Positions 29,986 to 39,656 of a stretch of 64,000 bases of DNA are shown piece by piece. The notes beneath the pieces were generated by a model. The model had not been told where the DNA came from. It ran no database searches and saw nothing but the letters and a program-made list of their open reading frames with translations. This DNA is from an uncultured Bdellovibrio sp. (lineage in GTDB: Bacteria; Bdellovibrionota; Bdellovibrionia; Bdellovibrionales; Bdellovibrionaceae). The translations under genes were made by a program, and so were the position numbers. The stretch covers positions 1-64,000 of the forward strand of contig CAWVRN010000002.1 in NCBI GenBank assembly GCA_963932905.1, written 5' to 3'. The stretch's first letter is position 1. Each line of letters begins with the position of its first letter.

Positions 29986-30013
29986 AAAAGGCCCCTTAAG
30001 TAAGGAGCCTTTT
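29986..30013. terminator. Bidirectional terminator
   Basis: AAAAGGC..CCTT..AAGG..GCCTTTT between convergent genes. Confidence 0.65.
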
Positions 30014-30038
30014 CATTAGCATTTAAACTACGAAATAA

Positions 30039-30590
30039 TTAGAACCCAAAGCCAAGAACAACATATGGTATTGTTGTTGAGTACGTCAGTGATTCAAAGC
30101 CACTAGAAAGAGTTGCGTTTTCTGTGTATTTTAGACTTCTCATCGCTACTTTTGTACCCATGTAGAAGCTGCTAGAAATAAAGTGTCTCCAACCTAAATC
30201 AATTTGGTAACCAGTGCCTTTTTTGTAGTCGCCATCAGTTGCGCTTAGAATGTAGCTTGCAATGATGTTAAAACCGCTGTCGCCAATGAAACCAATACTA
30301 GCGCCAAGTGCGTTGCTCGAAGTAGCGGGATCACTGCCAGACTTATCACTTCGTGTAGAATATAATGCACCAATATACAGACCTGAGCTCATCAGGTTAC
30401 CTAAAGAAAGATCGTAAATGCTGACTGTAGACTCGCCAGTTCCTGTAACTCCGCTCGTTGTCGATTCTGCTTTTGAAGTTATATAACTGAAATCGATTCC
30501 TAACAACCAACCGCCGCCGCCACCTTTTGCAAAACTGCTTACTGGAACAAGGGATAAAGCTAAAAATAAAATCGCATAAAACTTTTTCAT
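30039..30590 (-). CDS. Small outer-membrane beta-barrel protein
   Basis: Signal peptide; alternating beta strands; ends LGFGF. Confidence 0.8.
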   Translation of the reverse strand: MKKFYAILFLALSLVPVSSFAKGGGGGWLLGIDFSYITSKAESTTSGVTGTGESTVSIYDLSLGNLMSSGLYIGALYSTRSDKSGSDPATSSNALGASIGFIGDSGFNIIASYILSATDGDYKKGTGYQIDLGWRHFISSSFYMGTKVAMRSLKYTENATLSSGFESLTYSTTIPYVVLGFGF

Positions 30591-30803
30591 AAGTTACTCC
30601 TTAAAAAAGTATTGTTAATATTCCTTGAGATTATTTTATCCCTAGGTTTTTCTGAATTGAAGTCATTTCGTTTTGCTGGATTAATTTGGATGATAGGCTG
30701 GGTAAATTTCACCACTGTCGACAGTGTCCTGTGGTGATAAAGACGCATCATAATATATGGTCCAGTAGCTTAAAAGTACCACTGTTTAATTTTAAGATTT
30801 TGA

Positions 30804-31328
30804 TTACTTAGAGCTGCTGATGAAACCAGAAGCTACTAGACATTGAAGCATTTCTTGAGCGGATGAAACCATATCTTCTAGTTCACCCATTTTTTCGGGA
30901 CAGATATCCAGATTTTCTTTAGATGATTTGATCAGTTCATTCACTTCGCATTGCTTAGTCATAATCTCTGACAATAGTTTTTGCTCGCGAGCGATAAGGA
31001 CTCTGGAAATTACGTAAATTAAGTCGGGGTGGGATTGATACAAAGTTTTACGGCGTGAACCTTTTCCGACTACTTGAATGACTTCAAAATCCAACAGGTC
31101 TTTGATGGCCAAACTGACCAGTGCCTTTGAAACTCTAAGACGTTTTACAATCGTCGTTGCATCAATAGGTTCTTTGGATAAAAAGATCGTGGTCCAGATC
31201 TGTCCATGAACCTTTTTGAATCCCCAATATTGAATGAAATCGCCGATCAAAGAACATAGGTCAGCCATCGGCTTGGGAACGCGATGGGCCTCGTGAACTA
31301 AAATTCCGTTATGATATCTGTGGGGCAT
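30804..31328 (-). CDS. GbsR/MarR-family transcriptional regulator
   Basis: WGFKKVHGQIW, wHTH SKALVSLAIKDL. Confidence 0.8.
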   Translation of the reverse strand: MPHRYHNGILVHEAHRVPKPMADLCSLIGDFIQYWGFKKVHGQIWTTIFLSKEPIDATTIVKRLRVSKALVSLAIKDLLDFEVIQVVGKGSRRKTLYQSHPDLIYVISRVLIAREQKLLSEIMTKQCEVNELIKSSKENLDICPEKMGELEDMVSSAQEMLQCLVASGFISSSK

Positions 31329-31437
31329 ATTGGTACTATAGCGTGTCGCTGCGTAAACTCAAATCCTTCGCACAAAAAAGGTAATTTTTTCTGCAAAAGG
31401 ACAGGGTTATGGTCGTAACGTTGTCTCTGCACAGACC

Positions 31438-33114
31438 TTAGGGTTTCTTGATGTAATTATAGAACCCGATTAGGCCCAGCAATGTGGCCAAAACAAACAT
31501 TACAAAGCTCATGGTGGGCATACCTAAGACAAAATCCCCATCGTGTTTACTAGCGTAAATATGGGACGCACTGAAAATTAAAGAGGCTGTGATGATCCCT
31601 AAAAACAAAAGATTGAACGAGGATTCAAACGACTTTTTAAGGTCGTGCAATTCAACGAATTGAAACTTGAAATGATGTTCCGGACTGTTCAATTTTTTGA
31701 TCAAAAAGTGAAGCTGGCGGGGTAGACTATTGATAAAATTTTTCGACTCCCGAGCCATTTGCCCAAGGTCTGCTGCGATCTTTTCTGGGCTCATTTGATG
31801 CTGAATTAATTCACCAGCAAACTCGATCGAATATTGAAGGAAATCAAATTCTTTTAGAATCTTTCTCCCCATACCTTCAATAGAAACGATGGATTTAAAG
31901 AACATCATCAACTCAGATGGAACAACCAGTTTATTTTTTGAAGCGATACCGGCGGAGCTCATTAGAAGCTTGCCCAGATTAACGTTTTTCAAAGTTAATC
32001 CATAGTAAGGCGCGATCAATTCCCGTAGTTCTTTGGCAAATACATCGATATTCACTTGGTCGGTAAAAGGCGCTAAATCTACATATTCATAGGCCAAGCG
32101 ATCGTAATCTTCCTTTGACAGGGCATAAAGCATATTAGCGATCGAACTTTGAGTTTTAGAATTAAGGCGGCCAACGACACCGAAATCGATTAAACCAATC
32201 GCGTTTCCTGAAAATACAAAGAAATTTCCGGCGTGCAAATCGCCATGGAATAGTCCATCAAAGAAAACCATTTTTAAATAGGCACGTAAGCCTTTCTTAA
32301 TAATTTCATGGGAATCTACATTCGCCTGGTTCAAAGCGCCATCGTCGGAAAGGGGGATTCCCTTTAATTTTTCCATAACTAAAACGCGTTCGGTGGTTAG
32401 ATCTTGATAAACTTTAGGAATAATAATGTCGGATTGAGACTGAAAATTTAAAGCAAACCGGCGAATATTATTCGTTTCAACGATAAAGTTAGTTTCTAGT
32501 TCCAGAGTTTTGAAATATTCATCGACAATCGCTTTTGGATTAAAAGCACGCGATTCTGGAATATACTTCGTTAGAAGATCGGCAATGAAATAAAGGACAC
32601 CTAAATCATCATTGATAACATCAATGATGCCCGGACGTTGAATTTTAAGGACGACGTCTTCGCCTGTTTTTAATCGTGCTTGATGTACCTGTGCAATACT
32701 GGCTGACCCGATAGGATTGGGATCAATATTTTCAAATAAATCTAATTGAGCACCGATTTCGTGCTGTAAAACGCCTTGGATAGTTTCAAACGGTAAGGGC
32801 TGGACATTGCCATGTAGTTTAGAGAATTCAATGACGTAGTCTTCTGGAACCAAATCGGGACGAGTCGCAAGAAGCTGGCCTAGTTTAACAAATGTAGGTC
32901 CTAGTTCTTCAAACGACATGCGAATACGTTCTGCCGTCGAAAAATTTTCGTAATTCGACGACATGAAACGCTCGATTAAGTATTGTCCTAGGTTGATCTG
33001 CTCGGCAACTTTATAGAAACCGTGCTTAGCGAACACCCCTACGATGGTTCTTAACCTGGCCGCGTTTTTTAGAGTTTTTCCTAGAGGATTCAGCCTTTGC
33101 CCCAGACCCGCCAC
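31438..33114 (-). CDS. ubiB: UbiB/AarF/ABC1-family kinase
   Basis: ELGPTFVKLGQ, SASIAQVH, VVLKIQRP, FHGDLHAGN, IDFG; GTG at 33114 follows an AAGGAG RBS. Confidence 0.88.
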   Translation of the reverse strand: MAGLGQRLNPLGKTLKNAARLRTIVGVFAKHGFYKVAEQINLGQYLIERFMSSNYENFSTAERIRMSFEELGPTFVKLGQLLATRPDLVPEDYVIEFSKLHGNVQPLPFETIQGVLQHEIGAQLDLFENIDPNPIGSASIAQVHQARLKTGEDVVLKIQRPGIIDVINDDLGVLYFIADLLTKYIPESRAFNPKAIVDEYFKTLELETNFIVETNNIRRFALNFQSQSDIIIPKVYQDLTTERVLVMEKLKGIPLSDDGALNQANVDSHEIIKKGLRAYLKMVFFDGLFHGDLHAGNFFVFSGNAIGLIDFGVVGRLNSKTQSSIANMLYALSKEDYDRLAYEYVDLAPFTDQVNIDVFAKELRELIAPYYGLTLKNVNLGKLLMSSAGIASKNKLVVPSELMMFFKSIVSIEGMGRKILKEFDFLQYSIEFAGELIQHQMSPEKIAADLGQMARESKNFINSLPRQLHFLIKKLNSPEHHFKFQFVELHDLKKSFESSFNLLFLGIITASLIFSASHIYASKHDGDFVLGMPTMSFVMFVLATLLGLIGFYNYIKKP

Positions 33115-35674
33115 TGTTTTTCTCCTTATTTTTGAAGCTACGCTGTGAACCACGATCACGGTTATGGTCGCGATCACGATCCTTTTCTCGATCTCCACGC
33201 TGCGAATTTTCGCCTTCAAATTGTGGTTTTCTTCTATCACCACCACTATACGATTCATTGCGAGAACGTGATTGAATCGCTTGATCTAGTTTTTCTAATA
33301 TCGAGCTACGTTTTGAAGTTTGAACTTTGTATTCAACACCGCCGCTAGAACTAAAACCAGAAGTCTTGTCGCCACCTTTTTTTACTTCATAAGGTGTTTC
33401 AAAAGGATTTTCAGATCGTTGGCTTTTGTTTTGGGATTGGTTTTGGCCTTGCGATTTGAAGTCTCGGTCAATTCGTATCTCTTCAACATCATCTTGCTTC
33501 GCTGCCTGATGAAATTGCGGACGATTTTTATTGGAATTTGGTTGTCCAAATCCAAGTTTATCTTTCTTTTTAAACATACGCTCTGCAAAAGAACCACCAC
33601 GTTTTTTCTTGAACTTCTTGTTGCCACCACCGCTGCGAGCATTGGCTTGATTACGGTTTTGGTTTTCATTTTGTTGTTGAGGTTGCTGACGATTATTGGG
33701 ATTGCGTCGTGAATCATGCTTGAGTTGATTCATGTTCTGCTGTTCGCGCTTAGCAACCAGTTCTAGAGGCATAAAGTTAATCTGACCAAGTTCAGAATCC
33801 GTAGCGACAACTTTAATCTTGATAGAATCACCGATGGTAAATCGCAATCCTGTCTTTTTGTTGTAAAGGCTTAGAGTTTTTTCATCAAACTCAAGACGCT
33901 GCGATGATAATTCATCGATCTTAACTAGTCCGTCGATTTCGTATTCACGTAGTAGAACAAAAACACCGAAACGAACGACCGAGCTGATCATGCCTTCGAA
34001 TTCGTCGCCCAGGAATTTTTCCATGAAACGGGCTTTTTTGATCGAAGTGATTTGGCGTTCGGCTTTAGCGGCTTTTTGCTCGCAGCTGGATAACCAAGTT
34101 GCGGCCGTTGCTAAATCTTCCTCTTCCACCACGTTATATTTTTTGCCTTTTAGAATTTGGCTCTTAATCAAACGATGCACGATTAAATCAGGGTAGCGAC
34201 GGATCGGCGAGGTAAAATGAGTGTAATTCTCAAAACCTAAACCAAAGTGACCGACGTTGTTTACTGAATATTTCGCTTGGTTCATAGAACGTAAAGTTAA
34301 GATATTCAGCACGTGAGCTTCTGGTTTGCCAGAGAATTCTTGCAAAGCGCGAGTTAGGCGTTTTTGCAATTTACCGTCATCCAGCTTAACTTTACCGCCA
34401 AAATTATGTAGATAGCGTTCTAGCATCTTGATGGCCGTTTCGTTAGGTGGCTCATGGATGCGATACATGGACGGGATTTGCGAGTTCGTTAAAAACTCGG
34501 CCACGGCCACGTTTGCTATCAACATTAACTCTTCAATCAAACGATGCGCGAATAAACGTTCAGAACGGATAACGTCGACGGGAACGCCGGATGCATCGAT
34601 TTCTAGCGCTGTTTCGGGAATTTCTAAATCTAAAGATCCATCGCGGAAACGTTTGGCCATTAAAACTTTAGCTAGCTCGGCACACTTAAGGATATTGTCT
34701 TTAACATGTTCGAATTTTTCGATCGTTTGACCTTCGATAATTTCTTGAGCTTCACCGTATGTAACGCGTGCTTTGGATTCCATAACAGCTTCATAAAAAC
34801 GGCTTTCTACTTTGGTACCGGCGAAATCAAAATACATTTCAGCGACCATACACAGCCTTGGTACGTGCGGATTCAGCGAGCATAGACCGTTACTCAATAC
34901 TTCTGGTAACATGGGAATAACGAAATTAGGGAAATAGATACTATTTCCACGCAGGTAAGCTTCTTCATCGATCGCGGTTTCATTTTTCACATAGTGACTG
35001 ACGTCGGCAATGGCTACAAGTAAACGAAAGCCTCGATCGGAACGTTCAACATAAACAGCGTCATCGAAATCTTTCGCTGTTTTGCCATCGATCGTAATCA
35101 AGTTTAAATCGCGGATGTCCTTACGACCTTTGAAATCTTTTTCGTTAGGTTCTGATTTAAACTTCTTAGCCTCTTTTAGAACTTCTTCAGGAAAATTCAT
35201 CGTAATTTGCTGAGTCAGGGCTACGCGTTTGATATCATTCAAAGGATCTTCAATATCCCCGATGATTTCCACAACTTTTCCAATTAATTCTTTGCCTTTT
35301 TCAGGGTATTGAATAATTTGGGCAGCAACAAGATCGCCAGTTTGGCAATCCAAATTGTTTTTAGTTTCGATAACTAGATCGCTACCCCAGGAATTGGATT
35401 CATCTTTTAAGATGCCGTAGCTTTTCGTAATCTGTTTATATTTACCTACAACGGTAACCGTAGATCGTTTAATGATTTCGATGATTTCACCGCGGAATTT
35501 TTGTGATCCAGATTCTGGAAAAACATCGGCTAGGACATAGTCATTAGTCATCACCCCATCCATTGCGTGGCGGGGGATATATACATCTTGGTGCTCTTTG
35601 GAATCGGGAATCAGGAATCCAAATCCGTCAGGGTTGCGCTTAATAATTCCCTTCAGAAATTTCTTTTTAACCAT
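33026..35674 (-). CDS. rnr: Ribonuclease R with long low-complexity C-terminal tail
   Basis: TIDGKTAKDFDDA, AIADVSHY, HFTSPIRRYPDL, S1 domain. Confidence 0.95.
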   Translation of the reverse strand: MVKKKFLKGIIKRNPDGFGFLIPDSKEHQDVYIPRHAMDGVMTNDYVLADVFPESGSQKFRGEIIEIIKRSTVTVVGKYKQITKSYGILKDESNSWGSDLVIETKNNLDCQTGDLVAAQIIQYPEKGKELIGKVVEIIGDIEDPLNDIKRVALTQQITMNFPEEVLKEAKKFKSEPNEKDFKGRKDIRDLNLITIDGKTAKDFDDAVYVERSDRGFRLLVAIADVSHYVKNETAIDEEAYLRGNSIYFPNFVIPMLPEVLSNGLCSLNPHVPRLCMVAEMYFDFAGTKVESRFYEAVMESKARVTYGEAQEIIEGQTIEKFEHVKDNILKCAELAKVLMAKRFRDGSLDLEIPETALEIDASGVPVDVIRSERLFAHRLIEELMLIANVAVAEFLTNSQIPSMYRIHEPPNETAIKMLERYLHNFGGKVKLDDGKLQKRLTRALQEFSGKPEAHVLNILTLRSMNQAKYSVNNVGHFGLGFENYTHFTSPIRRYPDLIVHRLIKSQILKGKKYNVVEEEDLATAATWLSSCEQKAAKAERQITSIKKARFMEKFLGDEFEGMISSVVRFGVFVLLREYEIDGLVKIDELSSQRLEFDEKTLSLYNKKTGLRFTIGDSIKIKVVATDSELGQINFMPLELVAKREQQNMNQLKHDSRRNPNNRQQPQQQNENQNRNQANARSGGGNKKFKKKRGGSFAERMFKKKDKLGFGQPNSNKNRPQFHQAAKQDDVEEIRIDRDFKSQGQNQSQNKSQRSENPFETPYEVKKGGDKTSGFSSSGGVEYKVQTSKRSSILEKLDQAIQSRSRNESYSGGDRRKPQFEGENSQRGDREKDRDRDHNRDRGSQRSFKNKEKNSGGSGAKAESSRKNSKKRGQVKNHRRGVR

Positions 35675-35692
35675 GGACTAAGTTTGGGGTTC

Positions 35693-35708
35693 TGACTTTG
35701 CAAAGTCA
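35693..35708. promoter_or_regulatory. Perfect 16-bp palindrome overlapping the rnr -35 box
   Basis: TGACTTTGCAAAGTCA in the 43-bp divergent intergenic gap. Confidence 0.5.
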
Positions 35709-35717
35709 AATAGGGAA

Positions 35718-36269
35718 ATGAATGATGTCTATTTAAACAAAGCCCCAAAATTTTTCTATTTCCGAACTCGGATATTTCATCGTGAAAAGTCCGACAAAAA
35801 GCCCAAACGGAGAGAGTTCCTTGCCACCGAGGAACAGCAGATTTGGGAAAAAACTCTCAGTGCCCTCGCTGAACTACAAGATGAGAGTGGAATTGAGGTT
35901 TATGGGCTGGTGTTAGACAAAGACGGCCTTCACGTCGTGTTTTCGACACCGTATTTTAATGAAAATATTTTAGTTTTAGATTGGGAAATGCGTCTTAAGC
36001 GAGATATTCCGATTGAATTTGCTCGTCCTATACTATGCGAACCAGTAGGGACTCACGAACAAATGAAAGCACTTTTGATTGAAATCTATGGATCACAACT
36101 GAATATAGAAAGTAATCAATTACAATGGCGAAATCCGTTTAATAGCTTGAAACTTATATTCGATGGACACCGAAAGGCGCGATTGTTTAAAGATCCGTTA
36201 CGTGTAGTTTTTCAACCCTCTTTAGTTTTCGAAATCGGTAAACATGGCTCACACTCTTCATTTTGTTGA
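35718..36269 (+). CDS. Hypothetical protein resembling a degenerate RAYT/IS200-type Y1 transposase
   Basis: YFRTRIFHRE..QIWE..GIEVYGLVLDKDGLHVVFSTP..IEIYG..NPFNSL parallels the RAYT motif order. Confidence 0.5.
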   Translation: MNDVYLNKAPKFFYFRTRIFHREKSDKKPKRREFLATEEQQIWEKTLSALAELQDESGIEVYGLVLDKDGLHVVFSTPYFNENILVLDWEMRLKRDIPIEFARPILCEPVGTHEQMKALLIEIYGSQLNIESNQLQWRNPFNSLKLIFDGHRKARLFKDPLRVVFQPSLVFEIGKHGSHSSFC

Positions 36270-36701
36270 GATTAACTGCATAAGAAAACGGCTAAACAGG
36301 GGCAAATGTACGCACCGCATCAGGGTGGATAAAATGCCCCATCATTCTTAAAATCAATGTCGAACGAGTTTGTTTTTTGAAATTTATGTTCAAAAAAAAA
36401 TTAAAAAATTTTAATTCAATAATCTCTTCGAGATGCGCTGTCATCAGTACTTTGAGAGAAAAATTATTTCTTAAATATAATTTAATAAAATATTAAACGT
36501 CTGTTCAATTTCGTAGCACATTTTTGTGATGTTAATTGGACACGTTTTTTTTCGCTTAATGTTTTTAACTGCTCGAAATTGCTAAAACGTTTTTAGATTG
36601 ATCTCAACTTCAAGACTTATTACCATTTATTTATTGAGATTAAAAAATGGTTAAATTAACCAAATAAACTAGCAGACATAATCTGCAAGGAAGGAATTAA
36701 T

Positions 36702-37817
36702 ATGAAAAAGATGACAATTTTGGTTGCTGTTGCTTTGTGTGCAACTTCAGCTTTTGCTTCTAAAGCTAGATTGAAAGCTCTTCAATCATCTCCACACTTA
36801 CAAGACTCTCGCGACGTAATCAGCCGTGAGCCAGATCAAGCGCTTGTACACGGCGAATTCGTGTCGATCGAGACTGCATCTGTGACTCCAGGTACTAACG
36901 GTGCGAACAATGCGGCAGTAGCTCCAGCTACAACTCCGATCAACGCAGAAGGTGGTTTCGTTCGTAAATTGAGCGACACTTCAGCATTAGGTGCTTGGAT
37001 CGGTGCTAAAAATGAAAATTTAGCTAATCAATCTTTGGCTCTTGCAGGAACTACTCAACAAGTTCAAAATCCTTTGAATCTATATTATGCAAATAAAATG
37101 GGTGATATGGCTTGGGGTCTTGGATTAAACTATTCAAACTTTGAAGATAAAACAGCTAAAACAAAAGCATCTTCTATGGGTTTGAACGCAAGTTTATCTA
37201 GCGCTGCTGGTTGGGAAGCTCAATTAGGTCTTGGTTTGACTGGTGAAGCTACTGTTTCTGACGCAAATAAATTCGAACAAAAATCTCCAATGTTCTTATC
37301 TGGTGGTTACTGGATGGATACAATGTTCCTATACGGTAAATACGCTATGGGTGGCGGAAAAGCTAAAGGTGTTGCTTCAGGCACAACTACAAAAGACCTT
37401 GAAGCTAGCCAAATTGAAATCGGTGTTGTTAACTCTCACAAAAAAGACGGCGCAGATTTCTTCTACGGAGTATCTTACTTAATGACTACGGCTAAAGATA
37501 AAGTAACTGGCGGTTCTAAAACTGAAGAATCTTCTCTTCCAGTTGTTATCGGTATCGAAGCTGATGCAACTTCATGGATGGTATTACGTGGATCTATCAA
37601 ACAAAACGTATTGTTAGGCTCTTCAAAAACATCTACTGACACTGCGACATCTTCTGAAACAAGCTTAGTTGACAGCACAGTTGTTGGCGCTGGTGTAGGC
37701 TTAAAACTTGGCAAATTTATGGTTGACGGTTCATTAGCAGCAGCTAACGGCCAAAGCGGTAAATTCGGTTCTGACACTAATTTCTTGTCAGACGTAAGCT
37801 TAACTTACGCGTTCTAA
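36702..37817 (+). CDS. Major outer-membrane porin-like protein (PopA/Bd0427-like)
   Basis: SAFA|SKARLKAL N-terminus, NAEGGF, WMVLRGSIKQNVL, terminal F; codon usage suggests high expression; long AT-rich upstream region. Confidence 0.75.
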   Translation: MKKMTILVAVALCATSAFASKARLKALQSSPHLQDSRDVISREPDQALVHGEFVSIETASVTPGTNGANNAAVAPATTPINAEGGFVRKLSDTSALGAWIGAKNENLANQSLALAGTTQQVQNPLNLYYANKMGDMAWGLGLNYSNFEDKTAKTKASSMGLNASLSSAAGWEAQLGLGLTGEATVSDANKFEQKSPMFLSGGYWMDTMFLYGKYAMGGGKAKGVASGTTTKDLEASQIEIGVVNSHKKDGADFFYGVSYLMTTAKDKVTGGSKTEESSLPVVIGIEADATSWMVLRGSIKQNVLLGSSKTSTDTATSSETSLVDSTVVGAGVGLKLGKFMVDGSLAAANGQSGKFGSDTNFLSDVSLTYAF

Positions 37818-37843
37818 TTTTAGACGTATATAAGTTATCAACG

Positions 37844-37875
37844 AAAAGGGCTGATGAAAATCAGCCCTTTTTTTT
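37844..37875 (+). terminator. Intrinsic terminator
   Basis: AAAAGGGCTGAT-GAAA-ATCAGCCC followed by T8. Confidence 0.85.
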
Positions 37876-37876
37876 G

Positions 37877-37927
37877 GTGCCAGGCTACTTTTCAGGAAGC
37901 AACGCTTCCGTAAAAGTAGCCTGGCAC
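37877..37927. repeat. REP/REPIN-like nested inverted repeat
   Basis: GTGCCAGGCTACTTTT / AAAAGTAGCCTGGCAC (16 bp, perfect) enclosing GGAAGC-AAC-GCTTCC. Confidence 0.85.
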
Positions 37928-37930
37928 TTT

Positions 37931-39190
37931 TTATTTGTTTATCTTTGCGAGTATGTGAGCTTGTTTTAGATTGAAGTCCTTTAGAATTTCTAGACGTTTG
38001 TTCTTAACTTCAAAAATCTTTTCTGATGCAGATAGCATGTCTGGAGAGTTTTTTACTCCGCGTGCGTATTCCGATTGCGTTAGTTTATAATATTTTTCGG
38101 CTCGTACTATATTTTCTTCGGCATCGTGGACTTGGCTGTGTAGTAGTTTGAGTTCGGCTACTTCGTTTTCTACGTGAGCATGTGCTTGCTGCCTTTGATA
38201 ATTAGCTAGTTTGCGGAAGGCCGCGGATTCTTTAGCCTGCGCTGCGGATTCTTTATTGGATTCAAAGCTATCTGATAAACTGATTGAGACTCTTAATCCC
38301 ACATAGGATTCTTTTCTTTGCTCGGCATCCGAGGAATCCTCTTCAAGTTCATTGAATTGATTGTATCCCGCAACGGCGTCTACTTTAGGCCACCAAGTGC
38401 GATTTAGTTTCTTGCTGGAGAGCTGACTTAAATTAGACTGGATTTCATTTTCCTTTGCCAGAATATCGTGGTCTTCATGAGAATGCTTCACGTTGGCTTC
38501 AAAATCATGCTCATGGCCAATTTCCTTCGGCAGCAACAAAGTCGCCGATGAGTCGATATTGAGCATTACACGCAGTTCAGCCGTTTGAGTCCTGAGCTGA
38601 AGTCTTGCCGTCTCCAAATCTTGCTTTAAACTGACAGCTTTGATTTCAAATTCCATTTTGTCGGATTCAGTCGCAACGCCACTGCGAATACGCTTTAATG
38701 CCGACTCTGCATTCTGAGAATTAATTTTATTAACTGATTCAAGGAGCGCAATTTTTTCTTGAGTGTATAGGATTTCCCAAAAGAGAGTGCGTGCTTGCAA
38801 TAACTCATCAGCCGTTGTTTTAACCAGTTGAACGGACTTCTTCTGGGAGTTTAGATCACGCATTTCAGATTCGATACTATCCTTGCCGCCGTTAAAAATA
38901 TTTATCTTGGCTTCGACGCCGTAAGCGGGCTGAGTTTTTTGTGAGCCTGTTCCTTTCCTGAAACTTTCCTGACTTGCATGCAATTCAAGTTGAGGAAGGA
39001 ACGATCTATTCAAAGATCCTTCTTTAATTTTGGCCGCTTCCACATCAAGACGATGCGCCTCTAGTTTGACGTTTCGGGATTCCAGTAATGACTTCAAGTT
39101 GTCGTAGTTCACCGAAACGTTGTCCGCGAATAGGGGGAGGGGTTTTAGAAACCCTGCCATAAAATAGAAAACCAGATATTTTGTTTTCAT
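37931..39190 (-). CDS. TolC-family outer-membrane factor
   Basis: FLPQLEL, WPKVDA, YARGV repeats; internal His patch HEHDFEANVKHSHEDH. Confidence 0.9.
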   Translation of the reverse strand: MKTKYLVFYFMAGFLKPLPLFADNVSVNYDNLKSLLESRNVKLEAHRLDVEAAKIKEGSLNRSFLPQLELHASQESFRKGTGSQKTQPAYGVEAKINIFNGGKDSIESEMRDLNSQKKSVQLVKTTADELLQARTLFWEILYTQEKIALLESVNKINSQNAESALKRIRSGVATESDKMEFEIKAVSLKQDLETARLQLRTQTAELRVMLNIDSSATLLLPKEIGHEHDFEANVKHSHEDHDILAKENEIQSNLSQLSSKKLNRTWWPKVDAVAGYNQFNELEEDSSDAEQRKESYVGLRVSISLSDSFESNKESAAQAKESAAFRKLANYQRQQAHAHVENEVAELKLLHSQVHDAEENIVRAEKYYKLTQSEYARGVKNSPDMLSASEKIFEVKNKRLEILKDFNLKQAHILAKINK

Positions 39191-39198
39191 TTGCGGTC

Positions 39199-39642
39199 CT
39201 ATTTTTTTAGTTCGATAGTAAATTCGATTTTGTCGCCATGATCTTCTTTTGCGTCTTTCACCTCTAACACCAAAGAATAGCGATGAGTGTTTTTTGGTTT
39301 ACTGTTCACTTCGTAGTGAGAGAACTGGCCACTGGTAGAATCGGTAATACTATCCAATTTTAGTTTTTCAATTTTTTTACTCTTCGGAAGTTTCATTCCG
39401 GCCTTTAAAGTATAGGTTTTGGTGTCTTTGACTTTACCATCGACATCGTAGACGTAAATTTCCTGTTTGGAGTCTTTGTTGACGACTTCGATATTGATAG
39501 ACTCGGTAGATTTTACTACACCGCCTTTTAACGGCTGGAATGAGCTTGGTCCGTCGTGGTCATGATCGTCATGGGCCAACGCTGTTGATGCGATAGTTGC
39601 AGAAAATAATGCGATTGTAAGTGCTTTGATAAATGTATTCAT
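39199..39642 (-). CDS. His-rich periplasmic putative metal-binding protein
   Basis: Signal peptide ALA|HDDHDHDG. Confidence 0.75.
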   Translation of the reverse strand: MNTFIKALTIALFSATIASTALAHDDHDHDGPSSFQPLKGGVVKSTESINIEVVNKDSKQEIYVYDVDGKVKDTKTYTLKAGMKLPKSKKIEKLKLDSITDSTSGQFSHYEVNSKPKNTHRYSLVLEVKDAKEDHGDKIEFTIELKK

Positions 39643-39656
39643 AAAATTCTCCTATT

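Noticed and set aside
33115..33258. N-terminal extension of ubiB in the ORF track
   Set aside because: It is an alternate-frame reading of the rnr repeat tail; a good RBS precedes GTG 33114.
36290..36345. c-di-GMP riboswitch
   Set aside because: GGCAAA is present, but the GAAA tetraloop, GACGCAAAG and P3 elements of the class I consensus are absent.
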